DNA of 64,000 nt from assembly GCF_902459465.1 (NCBI RefSeq), contig NC_047076.1, positions 8,060,001 to 8,124,000 of the forward strand, given 5' to 3'. The notes under the pieces were generated by a model. It saw only the letters and a list, made by a program, of their open reading frames with translations, did not search any database and was not told the DNA's origin. Positions 50,055 to 62,357 of this stretch are shown in pieces. A program made the position numbers and the translations under genes. Source of the DNA: Asterias rubens. Its lineage: Eukaryota. The stretch's first letter is position 1; every line of letters starts with the position of its first letter.

Positions 50055-50716
50055 ATGGGGTAGTTAATAATTGTATTATAATTGCATAATGCATTAATCA
50101 TTACCAAGGATATTCATTTTAAAAGACAATTACCCAGTTGGGGTATGTTGTAAGTATAAAGGATATGAATCAAATTTGAGAAATTAACTAAATATAAAAG
50201 ACAATGACACAACTGGGTAGTTATCAGTATATTGTTATGCATAATGCATTATCGTGTACAACTATTTGAGTACAAAAGAGTTACCCAATTGGGGTAGTTA
50301 ATCCTTATATCGTTATGCATAATGCATTAACCGTGCACAACCATTTGTATATATGAAAGAGTTTACCCAATTGGGGTAGTTACATAGTCGTTACAACATT
50401 ATACTTAATGCATTAACCATGCACAACATTTGAATACAAAAGAGTTTACCCAATTTGAATAGTTAATCGTTGTATCGTTATGCATAATGCATTAACCATG
50501 CACAACCATTTGAATATCAAAGAGTTTACCCAATTGGGGTAGTTATAATTATTATATCGTTATGCATAATGCATTAACCATGCACAAAAAATTGTATATA
50601 TGAAAGAGTTTACCCAATTGGGGTAGCTACATAGTCGTTACAACATTATACATAATGCATTAATCATGCACAACCATTTGAATACAAAAGAGTTTACCCA
50701 ATTTGAATAGTTAATT
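50055..50716. repeat. ~82-bp minisatellite x8
   Basis: Unit ttacccaattggggtagtta..atcgttatgcataatgcattaaccatgcacaaccatttg..aaagag. Confidence 0.9.
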
Positions 50717-51054
50717 GATAAAAGTGTTGGTTTGGGTTTTTTTTCTTGAAATATGGCAGTATGTTTAAATGACAAAGTTTTGCAGGGATTTGTTGTTATG
50801 CTGTGACATACATATAACCAGAAAGTTGTGACTTCTGCAATAATAACCGGATTACAGTTTTAGGGGTCATTCCAACAATTTCCCGGATTTGTTTCAATTT
50901 AAGTGCCTGTAAATTTAGTCATGTGAAAATGGAGTATGGTGTGCCTCTTAATTTCATAACATTTTATCAAAAAAATAGTTTTTCCTTTGGAAAAAATCGC
51001 AGCTGAAAAGTAGAGCGCGCCCTCACTCGCAGTGTTTTACACAGGTTCGAACTC

Positions 51055-51386
51055 TATATATAAGGACAGTTAAAGTCACCGCAAGTTCAGTACGGCTTGG
51101 AAAGGACGTTAGAGCCACAGCGAGTTGCGGATTTTTTTTTCTGTTTTTTTTCTGATGTGAATTGTTCAAACTGATGTTGTGAAACAGACTTTGGAATAAC
51201 ATGGGCACGTGCAGCCTCGTAAAGGATTTATTAATGTTCGGCGGTCGGAAGGACCCCCCTGGATGGGTTCATGAATTAGCCAACAGCGACACGAAAATTG
51301 GTTAGCCCGAGAAACATTGTCTGCACCGTGTACATACAGATACGCCAGTATGTGGATTCCATATGAACATGAGTAACCCGGTAAGT
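51055..51386 (+). promoter_or_regulatory. Candidate TATA promoter and first exon of an unidentified plus-strand gene
   Basis: TATATATAAG at 51055-51064 in a CpG-rich island. ATG AAC ATG AGT AAC CCG (MNMSNP) is followed by consensus donor |GTAAGT at 51381. Confidence 0.35.
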
Positions 51387-52800
51387 GCATTAGAGAATGC
51401 CTCATGCAAAGTCAGGCATACGCATTGAGCTACTTCTTTGCTTTTTTTTCTCCTTTTTTTTTTTTTTCCACTCATAATTTTGGTAATTGGTGTAGGCCTG
51501 TTAATTTTTTTTGACCAACTTAGTCTGGGACGTGCCACATCTTATTAAGGTGTGTGCAACTCTTAACGCTAATATACTCAACGTTGATGCTTTATATGGA
51601 TAATGCATCTGCCGGGTTGGATTGGAAAACAATTTACATTTCAGGTAGACACATTTATTTTCTCTCGCAGTTTAGTTTGGAGAAGTTCAATTCAAGGTTA
51701 GCTTCTTTCACAGATTTTGTATTTATTTTTTACTTTTTATGGGGGGGATCTGTTTCATTGGTCTTCAAAAAAGATTTGTAGGGATCTATAAATTCTTATC
51801 AATCTATGAAGGTAATTTTTAAAATTATAAATTTTTAAGTTCAGTTCAAGATTGTTATTAGTTATTATTTATCCAATATTCCAATGTATGGTTTGGTAAT
51901 TGTTGCAAATAAATAAATAAATAAAAAATAAATAAATAAGTATCAATCTGAAAGACTTTAGGCCTGAAGCCTTTCTCGGGCATCTCAAACTACTCAAATT
52001 TGTGCAAGAAGGGTGTGTTTTCTTTTGTTATTTTCTTGCAACTTTAACGGCCAATTGAGCCCAAATTTTCACAGATTTGTTCTGTTATGCACAGCTGATT
52101 TCAACGAAACGCTAGGATAAATCCTATCTCGAGTAAGGTCAAGTAACTCATCCTAGGATGGGTTCAATGCGTCCTAATGTCTTCGGATCAAAACTGAACC
52201 TGTCCTAAAGTCCTAAGATTAATCCCAAGTTAGGAAGTGTTTGGTGAAATCAACGGCAGTGCCTTTAATCAGGAGGTCACAAGTTCAAATCCCTCTCCTG
52301 GCTAGTTTGTCTTTGTGTTGACTATTTCAACCAACTTTGATGGCATAGATTCTTTAAAAATTCCCAAATTCTAGATGAAATTGATCTATCATTTGTTGAT
52401 AACCTTCAAATAATCTTCAGATTTTTTCACAAAGGAGTCTTTTTATCATCAAGACTCATTTTTATGACCCGATTGTTTTCTTTGTTACAATTTGCTTTTT
52501 TTCTAAATTCAAAAGTAAATGTCGATAGGGTAAAATACCCGGCCTGTCACATGTATTCACTGACAAGATAAGTTGCACAATCCCTTTGTACATTTCAATT
52601 GTGCAATGCTGAAAATATGTTTATCAAAGCCGGGGTTAGGTTGTACTGATAATGTGTAAGTATTTTACTACTTCTCATTGTTTTTTTTATTTCAAGACCT
52701 TTATTTCCATTTCAACAGAGAACCAAAATAACAATATAACAAAGAACAGTAAGAGGAGAATTGGAAATGGGGGAATAACCAGAAAAGACAACAAAACGAA

Positions 52801-52953
52801 TAGACCTTTTTCGCAAATGACCATTGCGCAAGTGCTAACTGTCGGTGAGGTGCATTCTGGTCGATCTGTTGATCAATTTTGATCCTTAGCTAGACCAGAA
52901 TGCACCTCACCAACCGTTAGCACTTGCGCAATGGGTCTTTGCGAAAAGGTCTA
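52801..52953. mobile_element. 153-nt hairpin MITE
   Basis: TAGACCTTTTTCGCAAA..CATTGCGCAAGTGCTAAC..GGTGAGGTGCATTCTGGTC is mirrored by GACCAGAATGCACCTCACC..GTTAGCACTTGCGCAATG..TTTGCGAAAAGGTCTA. Confidence 0.88.
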
Positions 52954-54002
52954 TGAAGTCCGCTTGTGTTTTTGTTTGTATGGGCATTCCACGCCTAACG
53001 TGTGCCCCCAAGTATTGCGATACGGTCTATTGCGAGTCAAAGAAATTAGTTCAGGCCCTCGATGAAAAAGTCACGTTCTCCTTCCCACTTTGCCTATCCA
53101 TAAATTTGATACTCATTTGTTTCTATAATTTATTTTTACACTTACACCAACTGTAAACTCGGTACTTTCCCGAGTTCTGTGAAAAAAAAACACAGGCAAA
53201 TAACCTGGGGGTTTTTCTTCTGAAAAGCGATTAGCACTATTAAACCTGTAGGACTGATGCTGGCACTAAGTCAGCATCAAAAGGCACAATGAAGGGTCGT
53301 ACGTTAGGGTTTATACTTCTTCTTTTATCCTGCAATTTATTTAGTTCAGATCTCTCCAGTAATGAAAGCAAGGGACCCTCCAAGGTAATGAGTGCTCTAA
53401 CCTATTGGCCTGATACCTCAGGATTATAAAGTCTTTCATCGTCTCTTAAAAAGAAAGGTTACGCAAATACATAAAACAAAGACTCTTATCAACCTTACAC
53501 CCTCAGAAAACTCTTAGCCACTTAATTAATACCATTTGGTTTTTCTTTTACAGTTTTGTTTTTATGAGTTTATTTTTATTTATTTATGTATGCTTTTATG
53601 AGTAAGCAGTATGAATTGCCGACCACAGTGCTACCCCTAACTAATGACTACAGCATGGTGGTAACAACTTAATTTATGGAATAACCAACGTTGTGTTGAA
53701 GGTGAAGTCATGGTCAAGCTGAGTTCTTCAAGACTTTAAGCTCTTTGTGTTTAGAAGATATATGTCTATTCTCTGTTGCAAATCATGACAGACAGATAAT
53801 AGAAGTATATGATAAAGAAACGCAGGCAACCTTTATGAAGGAGTATGAAAACATAATAAGCTGGCTGTACCAGGCCTGCGATTTCATCTTTGAGACGGCA
53901 GGGCTATTTTCATTTTGCAAAGCATTTTCAAGGGAAAGTCAATGGGAAACTTTTGATGGGGCACCAAGACCACATATAGGGCAGCCATTGCCTTAGTGTT
54001 CT

Positions 54003-54490
54003 TAATATAGTTCTTATATAGCACATTTTATAATTTTGTGAATGGGCATATCAAAGTGCCCATTAGGTTTTACCATGGTTTTACACTGAAAGTGTGCATT
54101 AACTATGTTTAAATTAGAGACCCATTTTATATAGCACTTTGTACGGGTGTACAAGGGGATGCAGTGCAAACATGCTAGGAGTGAAGCCTGGTCTTTGAAT
54201 GATGCATGTATTGATCCTTTCTTTTATGCTCATCACACAACACACTGGATCAACAGCTTTGCGCCCAATCCTATATAAGGACAAAGCAGTTAGAGCTAAT
54301 TTAGTTTCTTGCTCAAGGACCCGAACCTACACTTTGATAACACTGGAACTTGAGTCCAGTACACTAGACCACACAACCATGACAGTACCCCCATCCAACG
54401 GACAAAGCAGTTTGAATTAGGTTTCTTGCTCAAGGACCAAAACCCATACTCTGATAACACTGGAACTTAAGTCCAGTACACTAGACCAAG
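54003..54490 (-). mobile_element. Degenerate SINE with duplicated head segment
   Basis: The segment caaagcagt..tttcttgctcaaggac..gataacactggaactt..gtccagtacactagacca occurs twice (54283-54373 and 54402-54489). Confidence 0.6.
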
Positions 54491-55120
54491 ACTAAGAAAG
54501 CCTTGAACACAAGGACCTCCTTCACAATCGGGTTCACATTCCAAAGCATGGAGACACTGAACTACGTTATTAAATGTCATGAATGTTGCCAGCAATTACG
54601 TTAATGACTACATCATGTGGCGAACCCCCTTGTGTCGGCAAACAAGACATGGGCCGGAAATTAACCACTTTACCCGATTAGCTGCGACCTCCTGTAGAAT
54701 CAACAGCCATGGTTATCAGTGTATCCCCGAGAAGCAGGATGCGTGCAACATGGCTCATACCTTTATTACTCACTCACTAGCACCTCTGGGCTGTTCCCAT
54801 CCCAGGGGAGCTCTCATACTCTGCCGATTAATGACGTGATGATGGTCGTGTTGGGAGAACATTTTGTCGGAAATGACTGCAGTAGACCTTCTCGATGTGA
54901 CACCACAAGGGAGAACAAACAAAAATCATGTTTTCCATTTATTGTAGGAGTTGTGGAAAACATGAGTTTTAGACACTAAAGTTCACCCTGTTTTCTTTGA
55001 ACTTGCGACCTCAATTCCCCAACCCTCCACCCACCTTCCTCCCCTCATCAAAAGGTCTCTATTTAAAAGTTGATTTGATGGTAGCTAAGAGTGGAGGATA
55101 GACACTACCCCCCCCCCCCC

Positions 55121-55505
55121 CATTCAGCAGAGTGTGGGTTCGAGTCCCAGTCGTTACACTTGTGACCTTAAGCAAGACACTTAACCATTGCTTTGTCCTT
55201 TGGATGGGACATAAAGACGCTGGTCCTGTGTGTTGTGTAGCACACGTAAAAGAACCCAGTTCATTTATCGTGGCTGCGCTGAATGCGCCGTAGCACCTTG
55301 TAAACCCTTTTGAAGGTGCTACATAATTGGGTCTCAGAATAAATAACTTCAATAACCTATCTTTCTATTAAAAAAAATGTATATACTATAGTTTATACAT
55401 TTTTCGCTTAGTATACTAAGCTTAGTATACTAAGCGCCTTGAGTACCTTGTTGGTAGATACATGGGCTTTATAAGACTTTTATTCTATTATTATTATTAT
55501 TATTA
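55121..55505 (+). mobile_element. tRNA-derived SINE, 5'-truncated
   Basis: GGGTTCGAGTCCC box B, gcaagacacttaacc core, (TAT)n tail. Confidence 0.75.
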
Positions 55506-57800
55506 AAAAGGTTGAAAACATCACATCATTCTTATTGCTTGCATTGTTAGAAACAAAAATCTGAAAACTTGTGAAAAGTCGATGAGCAAACTTTGAAAAC
55601 ACTGTCTGAAGTTCTCTCTAAAATATCAAGTTGTAATCCACAAGGAAATACTGACTGAGTAAATTTGGAAATAGATTGGGGATGAACAAATAACAAATGT
55701 TCAACCTTAACAAATATTTTAAAAAGACATTTATGTGTAAGTGTTTTCTGTATTTGTATTCATAAACTAAACTTAAATTTGTTTTGTAGGCTTTTTCAAC
55801 TATTATTGGAGATGTTTATATAAATAGAGTCATCGTTTTTTTTTTTTTTTTTCTTTTTCAATGTAGCGATGATTTATGCAAAAATTATCTGGAAAGATAC
55901 AGTGAAAAAGTCACATGTGAACAAAAGTTCAGAACTGAATACAATGCCTGATTGTTCAGAAAATAGCAACAAAACTGTCAACAGTTTTTTTTCATCCTTG
56001 TTTAGCGAGGTGACAGTGAGTCAACTCCAGCCTTACTTAGGGTAGCATTTAACTGGGCCTGCAGACATTTTTGAAAGTCACCTGCAGGCGTTCTTTTCAA
56101 GCTACAACTTTGTGATAACTTGTGGTGTCAGCACCTGTGTTGAATCACACTTATTACCATTATAAAACGTGTTTTACACTGTCCCCTTGCACTGTAGCTG
56201 TTCCCAAAAGAGTGACAATAGCAAACGTTATTTTCCTAAGGCGCTATTTGCACTGCAGTTGTTCTCGCTCCCTCAGGCATGGAATTACACGGAGGCTGTT
56301 GCCCTGGTCTTGGCCTTGGTGCCCCTTCAAAAGTTTCTCATAGACTTTCCAATGGAATTAAATGGCCTTGCCCTTTTCAAATTGAAATTGGCCTTGCCCT
56401 CTCAAAATGAAGTTCAAGGCCTGCTCCCTGATCTAGAGAGAAGCACAGCCAGCTATAAGAGGGATGGAGCTTCCAATCTCTCTCGGGATAAACTGACAAT
56501 ATCATCATTTTATAAGCACAATATTGACAGCACAAGCACAGACCAAAAATGGATTTTGCAAACCACCCTCTCCAGGACAGCAGCAATGGTTTTAGGAGAG
56601 CCAATAAATTCAAGATTCAAGATTAAGGATCTCTTTCCCCCTTTACAACAATTCTTTCTTTACCTTCGGTCGTTGCTCTTTTGAGCTGAAAATTAGTCAC
56701 AAACGCCATTTAGCGCAGAGAGACTTTGGAGTTTTGAAATGTCAAAGTGTCCTGGAGATCAGTTGCTGAACTTCTCTCTGCCCCCCCCCCCCCCCCCCCC
56801 TTAGAAGATGGTATTAGGTTCGGGCAAACAGGTTCAGGCAAACTTGTAGGTTTGTTTTCGTTCTTTTTGTGTCAGGAGGGGGCTGACAGTGAGTGATGTA
56901 CATAGGAGTTGAGAAAAACTTACTTTTGGTTACAAGCAATGGAGAGCTGGTCATAGTATATAACATTGTGATAAACGGCTCCCTCTGAAGTAACATAGTT
57001 TTTTAGAGTGAGGGTAGTACCTTTTTCCACCTTGCCCTTAGGAAGGGGGTGTGGTTATACTCTTTAGCAATGTTACCTCGCCCATAGGGAGGGTGGGGCA
57101 GTACTTTTTGCCAACATTTGGCTACCTTGGCCTCATAAGGGGGGGGGGGGGTAACTACCATTTCCCTAATGTATACCTTGTTAGAGAGGGGGTGAGGTTG
57201 CACTTTTTACAAAATAATGGTACTTCTCTTAGGGAGGATTGGGCAACATCACCTTGCCAACATCACCTTGTCTGTAGGTTGGGGCAATATGTTTTGCCCA
57301 TGTCACCTTTCTTAGTCTACTTGGAGGCATTATCCTACACTTTCTAAACACTACCTCCATTGAACATACAAAACTGTGCTCCATTTTCTGTAACCTTTCA
57401 ATTTTTTCCGTCTGTCACTTGTCTGATTTAGTGGGTGGGATGAGGGGGGAGGGGGGGTGCAGTTTTTGATATCCACAGTTCACAACCTCACCCCCCTGGA
57501 TGTTCACAATGGTTTTCAGCCCTTGACCTTGCCCTGGCTAGTCACATCTTGTTGCAGGCGTCGTTATGAGCAATAAAAATGGTAACGTTGTTTTTCCTTT
57601 CTCAGTTTGTAGCAGCTTGTTTGGCCACTCACATGAGGTGTTGTTGATACTGCACCCGATTAGAATTGATGAAGTATTTCCAGCACATGGGGGTTTACTG
57701 AGTTTGGATTCAAGCTCAAGGGATCTTACCCCCAGACAGCTAACCGAGGGGCTCGTTACCCCTACCCCACACCCACCGAACTTTTTCATCCAGCACGCCC

Positions 57801-57991
57801 TAGACTTGGTTCAAAGTCTTTGATCGTGGCTTTTTAGTCGTCCTGAAAGCCGCTAAAAACAGCGCCCTCTTGTGATCAACCTTCGTCATTTAGCATGATC
57901 GTAGGGCACCTTATAGCTGATATAATGTGGGGGCGTGTTTTCGGCGGAGATGCAGAAGAATAACCGTGATCTAAGACTTGAATCAAGTCTA
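57801..57991. mobile_element. TAG...CTA MITE with 9-bp TSD (AcademH- or Mutator-like), copy 1
   Basis: TIR TAGACTTG / CAAGTCTA. AGCACGCCC is duplicated at 57792-57800 and 57992-58000. Confidence 0.85.
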
Positions 57992-58017
57992 AGCACGCCC
58001 TTGCAACAAAACTAGGG

Positions 58018-58260
58018 ATCAGGTTGGCTCAGTGGTTTCTTTTCCTACCCTTCACCTCTGTAGACTCCGGTTCGACTCCCACCTCAGAGTGGTGCCCTGC
58101 AATTGCATTTGGTTTTCAGTGCCTGTGATTTCGTGGAATTTACCCCATTTGGGTTTTCCACCCACATCTAAAACTGAAAACATCTTCTTGTTTTCTATTC
58201 ATCCTGTTTTGGGCACTAATTGTGCTGTTGGATGTGTAATCAAATTAATAAATAAAGAAA
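58018..58260 (+). mobile_element. Second SINE family (other copies near 18905-19090(-), 28255-28410(-), 29395-29560, 36075-36175(-))
   Basis: GGTTGGCTCAGTGG box A, GGTTCGACTCC box B, shared body gggttttc..cccacatctaaaactgaaa, AATAAA tail. Confidence 0.65.
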
Positions 58261-58385
58261 ACAAATTCTCATCTAATAAAAGGTTAAAGATCCCTTGCAA
58301 TGGCCGCCGTTGCTAAGGTCAAACAATGAAAACATGCACGTGTGTAATCGCAAAACGAGCGATACATGTAGGTCTTCATTGACCT

Positions 58386-58579
58386 TAGACTTGGTTCCAA
58401 GTCTTTGATTGGGCTTTAAGTCATCCTGGTAGCCACTACAAACGGTGCCCTCTTGTGATCAACCTCCGTCTGTTAGATTGTCAGTTAGGGCGCAAGATAG
58501 CTAATAATGGGGGGGGGGGGCGTCTTTCGTGGCTGAGATGCAGAAGAATAACCCTGATCTAAAACTTGAATCAAGTCTA
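58386..58579. mobile_element. Same MITE family, copy 2
   Basis: TIR TAGACTTG / CAAGTCTA. Flanks CATTGACCT / TATTGACCT match at 8 of 9 positions. Confidence 0.82.
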
Positions 58580-59514
58580 TATTGACCTCAGTGAGGGAAC
58601 TGTTTCAGTCTGTGTGGGCTAGCAACGTCACATACAAGGGTTCTAAAATCACATTAGTCTGAGGCAACATTTGAATATTTTGCGACTCCTTCATTCACAT
58701 TAATTTATCAAGTAAAGAAAACAAAATTATGAACTTTTACGAGCCCAAAATTCATTTTCATGGAGGGAGGATACCGCAATGACATAGTTTGGTTGGGGGT
58801 GTGTAATGTATCAAACCATTAATTTGTGCATTTTGGCAGGTGATATAATTTTTTTTTTGGGGGGGGGGGAGCTCAAGAAGGGGGGGGGCATGGGTTCTGA
58901 ATGGAGGGTTGAGCCTCATATCTTCCCCTCCTCTCTAATGTTCATAGGTTAGTTTTATTATAAACATGTACATCTAATTTAAAAACCAAACGTCTTTAAT
59001 TTTTAGTATTTTTTCCCCAATATTTATGCCTCTTGAAAGACTCTGGGAACAAGATGTCCCTTTAACTGCTCCAGACAAAACATCTGAAAGTGTCTGCTTT
59101 TTCAGAAGCCCTTCCCTCAGCAGTAAGGCCTCCCGATATTGTTTCAGCTGCCATTTGTATTGTCTAGACTCTTCATCATGGCCTTTCCGAGACTCCATAG
59201 AATTAAAGTCTACAAGTTTTTGAGTTCATTGAGAGTTTACAAAGGACACGCAAACTTTATTGCACCTGTAGTGTACCCAGAAATATTTGTGTTACCATGT
59301 ACTATCATTAGCCATGTTAGAATGCGATAACAAGAGATTTCCATTGTTTTTATAAATAATAATAAGTTTAGTTACAATAGTTGGAATTGGAAAAATCTTG
59401 CAGCAGGTAGGCCTACACACCTATAGAGAACTGGAATAGGGAGCCCAAATTCATATTGCTGAAAATATTGCTTAACCATTTTCTGCTAAGCAAAAACAAA
59501 TACCTATATACGTG

Positions 59515-59810
59515 TTCTAAGAATGTAACTATAAGTACTAAATAGTCAACTTGCGGGTACAACAATGTATACAAATCTGTTTTGAGGGAGTGTTGGCTCT
59601 GAAAAAGAGTCAGTGTGGTCTCGATGTTTCGAACAGTATACTCTACTCGTTCTCGTAAAGACAAGTATTCTGTTGGAAACGTCGGGACCACACCGGCTCT
59701 TTTTAGAGCCACCACTCCTTCAAAAGAGATTTTATACATGGCTGTACCTACAAGTTACTGTTTAGTATTTATAGGTACTTTCTTTTTTCTCACACAATGC
59801 AAAGCTTCAA
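59515..59810. mobile_element. Inverted pair of Penelope-type terminal-repeat fragments (related copy 45884-46040 +)
   Basis: Both arms carry gtat..tgtt.gaaac.tcg.gaccacac.g.ctctttt.agagcca.cactcc.tcaaaa.agattt.tata.at.g.tgtacc, mirrored about ~59656. Confidence 0.6.
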
Positions 59811-59877
59811 ACACCATTTATGCGTGATATGTTATTTTGGCTGGTAACGTTTTCCTGTTAAAGCAATCGCACAACAT

Positions 59878-60232
59878 CGGTAAACAGTATTGTCCAAAGG
59901 CCCACACTTAGTGTACCACAACTTATATATAAAATAACAAACCTGTGAAAATTTAGGCTCAATAGGTCATCGGAGTCGGGAGAAAATAACGGGAAAACCC
60001 ACCCTTGTTTCCGCACGTTTCGCCATGTCATGACATATGTTTAAAACAAATCCGTTATTCTCGATATCGAGAATTGATGATTGTTTTAATGTTTTCTCAA
60101 AAAGTAAAGCACTTCATGGAATAATATTTCAAGGGAAGTCTTTCACCATTACCTTCTGTAACCCTGTAAGTTATTTGTAAATCTGTGAACTTTTAATTTT
60201 TGTTCTTTTCAGAAAGTGCCCAATGGCTTTAA
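59878..60232 (-). mobile_element. MITE family K2 copy, inverted
   Basis: Reverse complement of 2320-2694, ending CAATGGCT-TTAA. Confidence 0.82.
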
Positions 60233-60624
60233 GCAGAATTATGTAGTACTTCGCTTGGTTTTGTTTCTTTCCGGCAGCTCTATGGAATCGGGGCCCTGAT
60301 AAGGACGGTATAATCTTTGGTTTCGTTCATAGTATTACCCAAAATATGAAATGTATACCAGATAAATGTCATGTATCGAAAAACCACCGGGGATATCAAT
60401 GTTGGAACCCAAAGATAGATATTGGCAAAATAGGGAGAATGCAAATACTGTGCTAAATAAGCTCGGTTGGTAGAGCGTTGGCATGTTAATTCCAACTTAG
60501 CAGTCTTTAGTTAATTTGTCTTTGTTCAACCCCAAGTTAGATAGTGAAATCAGTATATAAATAGATTGAAAAGGAAGGGGATGGTGATGGGGAAGGGGAT
60601 GGTGATGATGATGATAAGAGAACG

Positions 60625-61640
60625 TCCGGACTACTTTGATAAAGAGAGCTTTACTCTTTATAAAGCAATACCATCCACACATAGACTGTCCAGGAATAGA
60701 GTCCTATCAAGTGAATGATATCAATACACTAGATAAGGTACAAAGGGGAGCCACAAAAACTAGCCTCGACCCGGCAAGATAAATCGTAGCAAGAGAGACT
60801 TGAATAATTGAACCTTAACCCCCTTGGAGGTTAGAAGAATGAAAGGATATCTGATGATGGTCTTCAACATTTTAATCAATTAGAAGAGCTTTTCAGTTTC
60901 ACAATGTCACACAACACAAGCACAAAGTGAAACAACTTTGTACTCTTAAAAACACAATTAGGGAGCCACAAAATCTAGCCCTAACCCTGTGAGGTAAATC
61001 CTACCATGAGAGACTTGAAGAATTGAACCTGTACTCCCTTGGAGGTGAGAAAAATGAAAGGATATGTGATGATGGTGTTCAACATTTTAATTAACCAGCA
61101 GCCATAAACGTTGCACAAGTGGACTTACGCAGTTGTGTAAAGTTTCATGAAATCGGCTGATGAAGAGCTCTTCAGTTTCACAATGTCACACAACACAAGC
61201 AAAGGGTGACACAACTTCAAACTCCAACCCTGCAAGATAAATCTTACTTGGAGGGACTACAATTGAACCTGTACCCCCTTGGAGGTTAGAAGAATGAGAG
61301 GTGATCTGGTGGAAGTCTTTAACATTCTAAATGGTCTAGATAATTTGACAGTATCACAATGTCACACAACACAAACACAAGCAGGAGACACAACTGTATA
61401 CTCTAAAGCCCGGTTCATACTTCATGCGAGTGCGAAGCGAATTTGACGTGAATTTGACGTCACAACCCTCCTTTCGCAGCGATATTCGCAAGTGAGTTTA
61501 GCAGAGTTGAACTGCTGCAAATTTTTCGTTGTGAATTTGTGACGCCAACATTCGTCTCGGATTCGCATTCGCAGGAAGTATGAACCGGGCTTTAAAAACA
61601 CAATTATGGAGAGTCACAAAAACTGGCCCCAACCCTGTGA
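60625..61640 (+). mobile_element. CR1-clade LINE ORF2 C-terminal remnant, tandemly amplified (~214-nt unit)
   Basis: Reads NDINTLDKVQRGATK near 60715, and DKSYLEGLQLNLYPLEVRRMRGDLVEVFNILNGLDNL from 61236. Units restart near 60747, 60961, ~61200 and 61608. Confidence 0.75.
61408..61591. mobile_element. MITE inserted into the CR1-derived tandem array
   Basis: TIR AGCCCGGTTCATACT / AGTATGAACCGGGCT, flanked by TAA and TTAA. The sibling unit shows the empty site tactcttaaaaacacaatta near 60942. Confidence 0.85.
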
Positions 61641-61645
61641 GGTGA

Positions 61646-61825
61646 TCATCATCATCATTTAGGCTGTATTCCTCCAGTGTATTCATGCTGTTCCTGCATA
61701 TACCTTGTTGTCATCTCTCCATCTTCCTCTTTGTCTATCTCTTTTCCTTGTCCCTGTTCTTGGTTGCCAGTCCATTATTCTTGTTGTCCATCTGCTGTTA
61801 TTTCTTCGGGTAGTGATGTCAACCA
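61646..61825 (-). mobile_element. RTE-clade LINE 3' fragment
   Basis: Minus strand reads RNNSRWTTRIMDWQPRTGTRKRDRQRGRWRDD, typical of an RTE ORF C-terminus, followed by a (GAT)n tail. Confidence 0.75.
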
Positions 61826-62357
61826 ACAAGTTCAAAGGAAAAACTGTTCTTGAAAACAAATGGATATGGGGTACTAATAACCTGTAATTTCATCCCTCAA
61901 CAATCCTTAGTAAAAAGTTAGTTAAACCACTTTCTTGAATGAAATCCGTTGTTAAAGACACAGTGATTTTTTTTTCAAACTTTTAGGTGCAAATTAGGCT
62001 GTATCTTAATTGGCATTACAGCTACAACTGCTGCCAAGGACGTCCTAAACAAAAATCTTTCCATGATCTCACTAAAAAAATAAATTGGAAAAATTCCCTG
62101 ATTCTGGAAACCTTTTTCTTGTTATGTTGAATGTAGTTCTAAATATTTTTCTGATTGTTGTACAAAATCTCCTTGATTAAGGAAATTTTGTCTCTGAATG
62201 CAAGATGCAAATGTTGGCAGCATGACGACCCCATGATCAAGTGGTAGCCACAGCTATAACTGCCAATTCGGGTACTGCAATATTTTTGTGTTGAGATCAA
62301 ATATTAAATTTTCTGTTTTTATTTCAAGCATCTATATTATAATGAATAGGGTAGATG

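Noticed and set aside
53745-53996. 83-aa ORF (and 56169-56684, 45909-46325, 59413-59739)
   Set aside because: No recognisable domain or consistent splice sites. The latter three overlap identified repeats.
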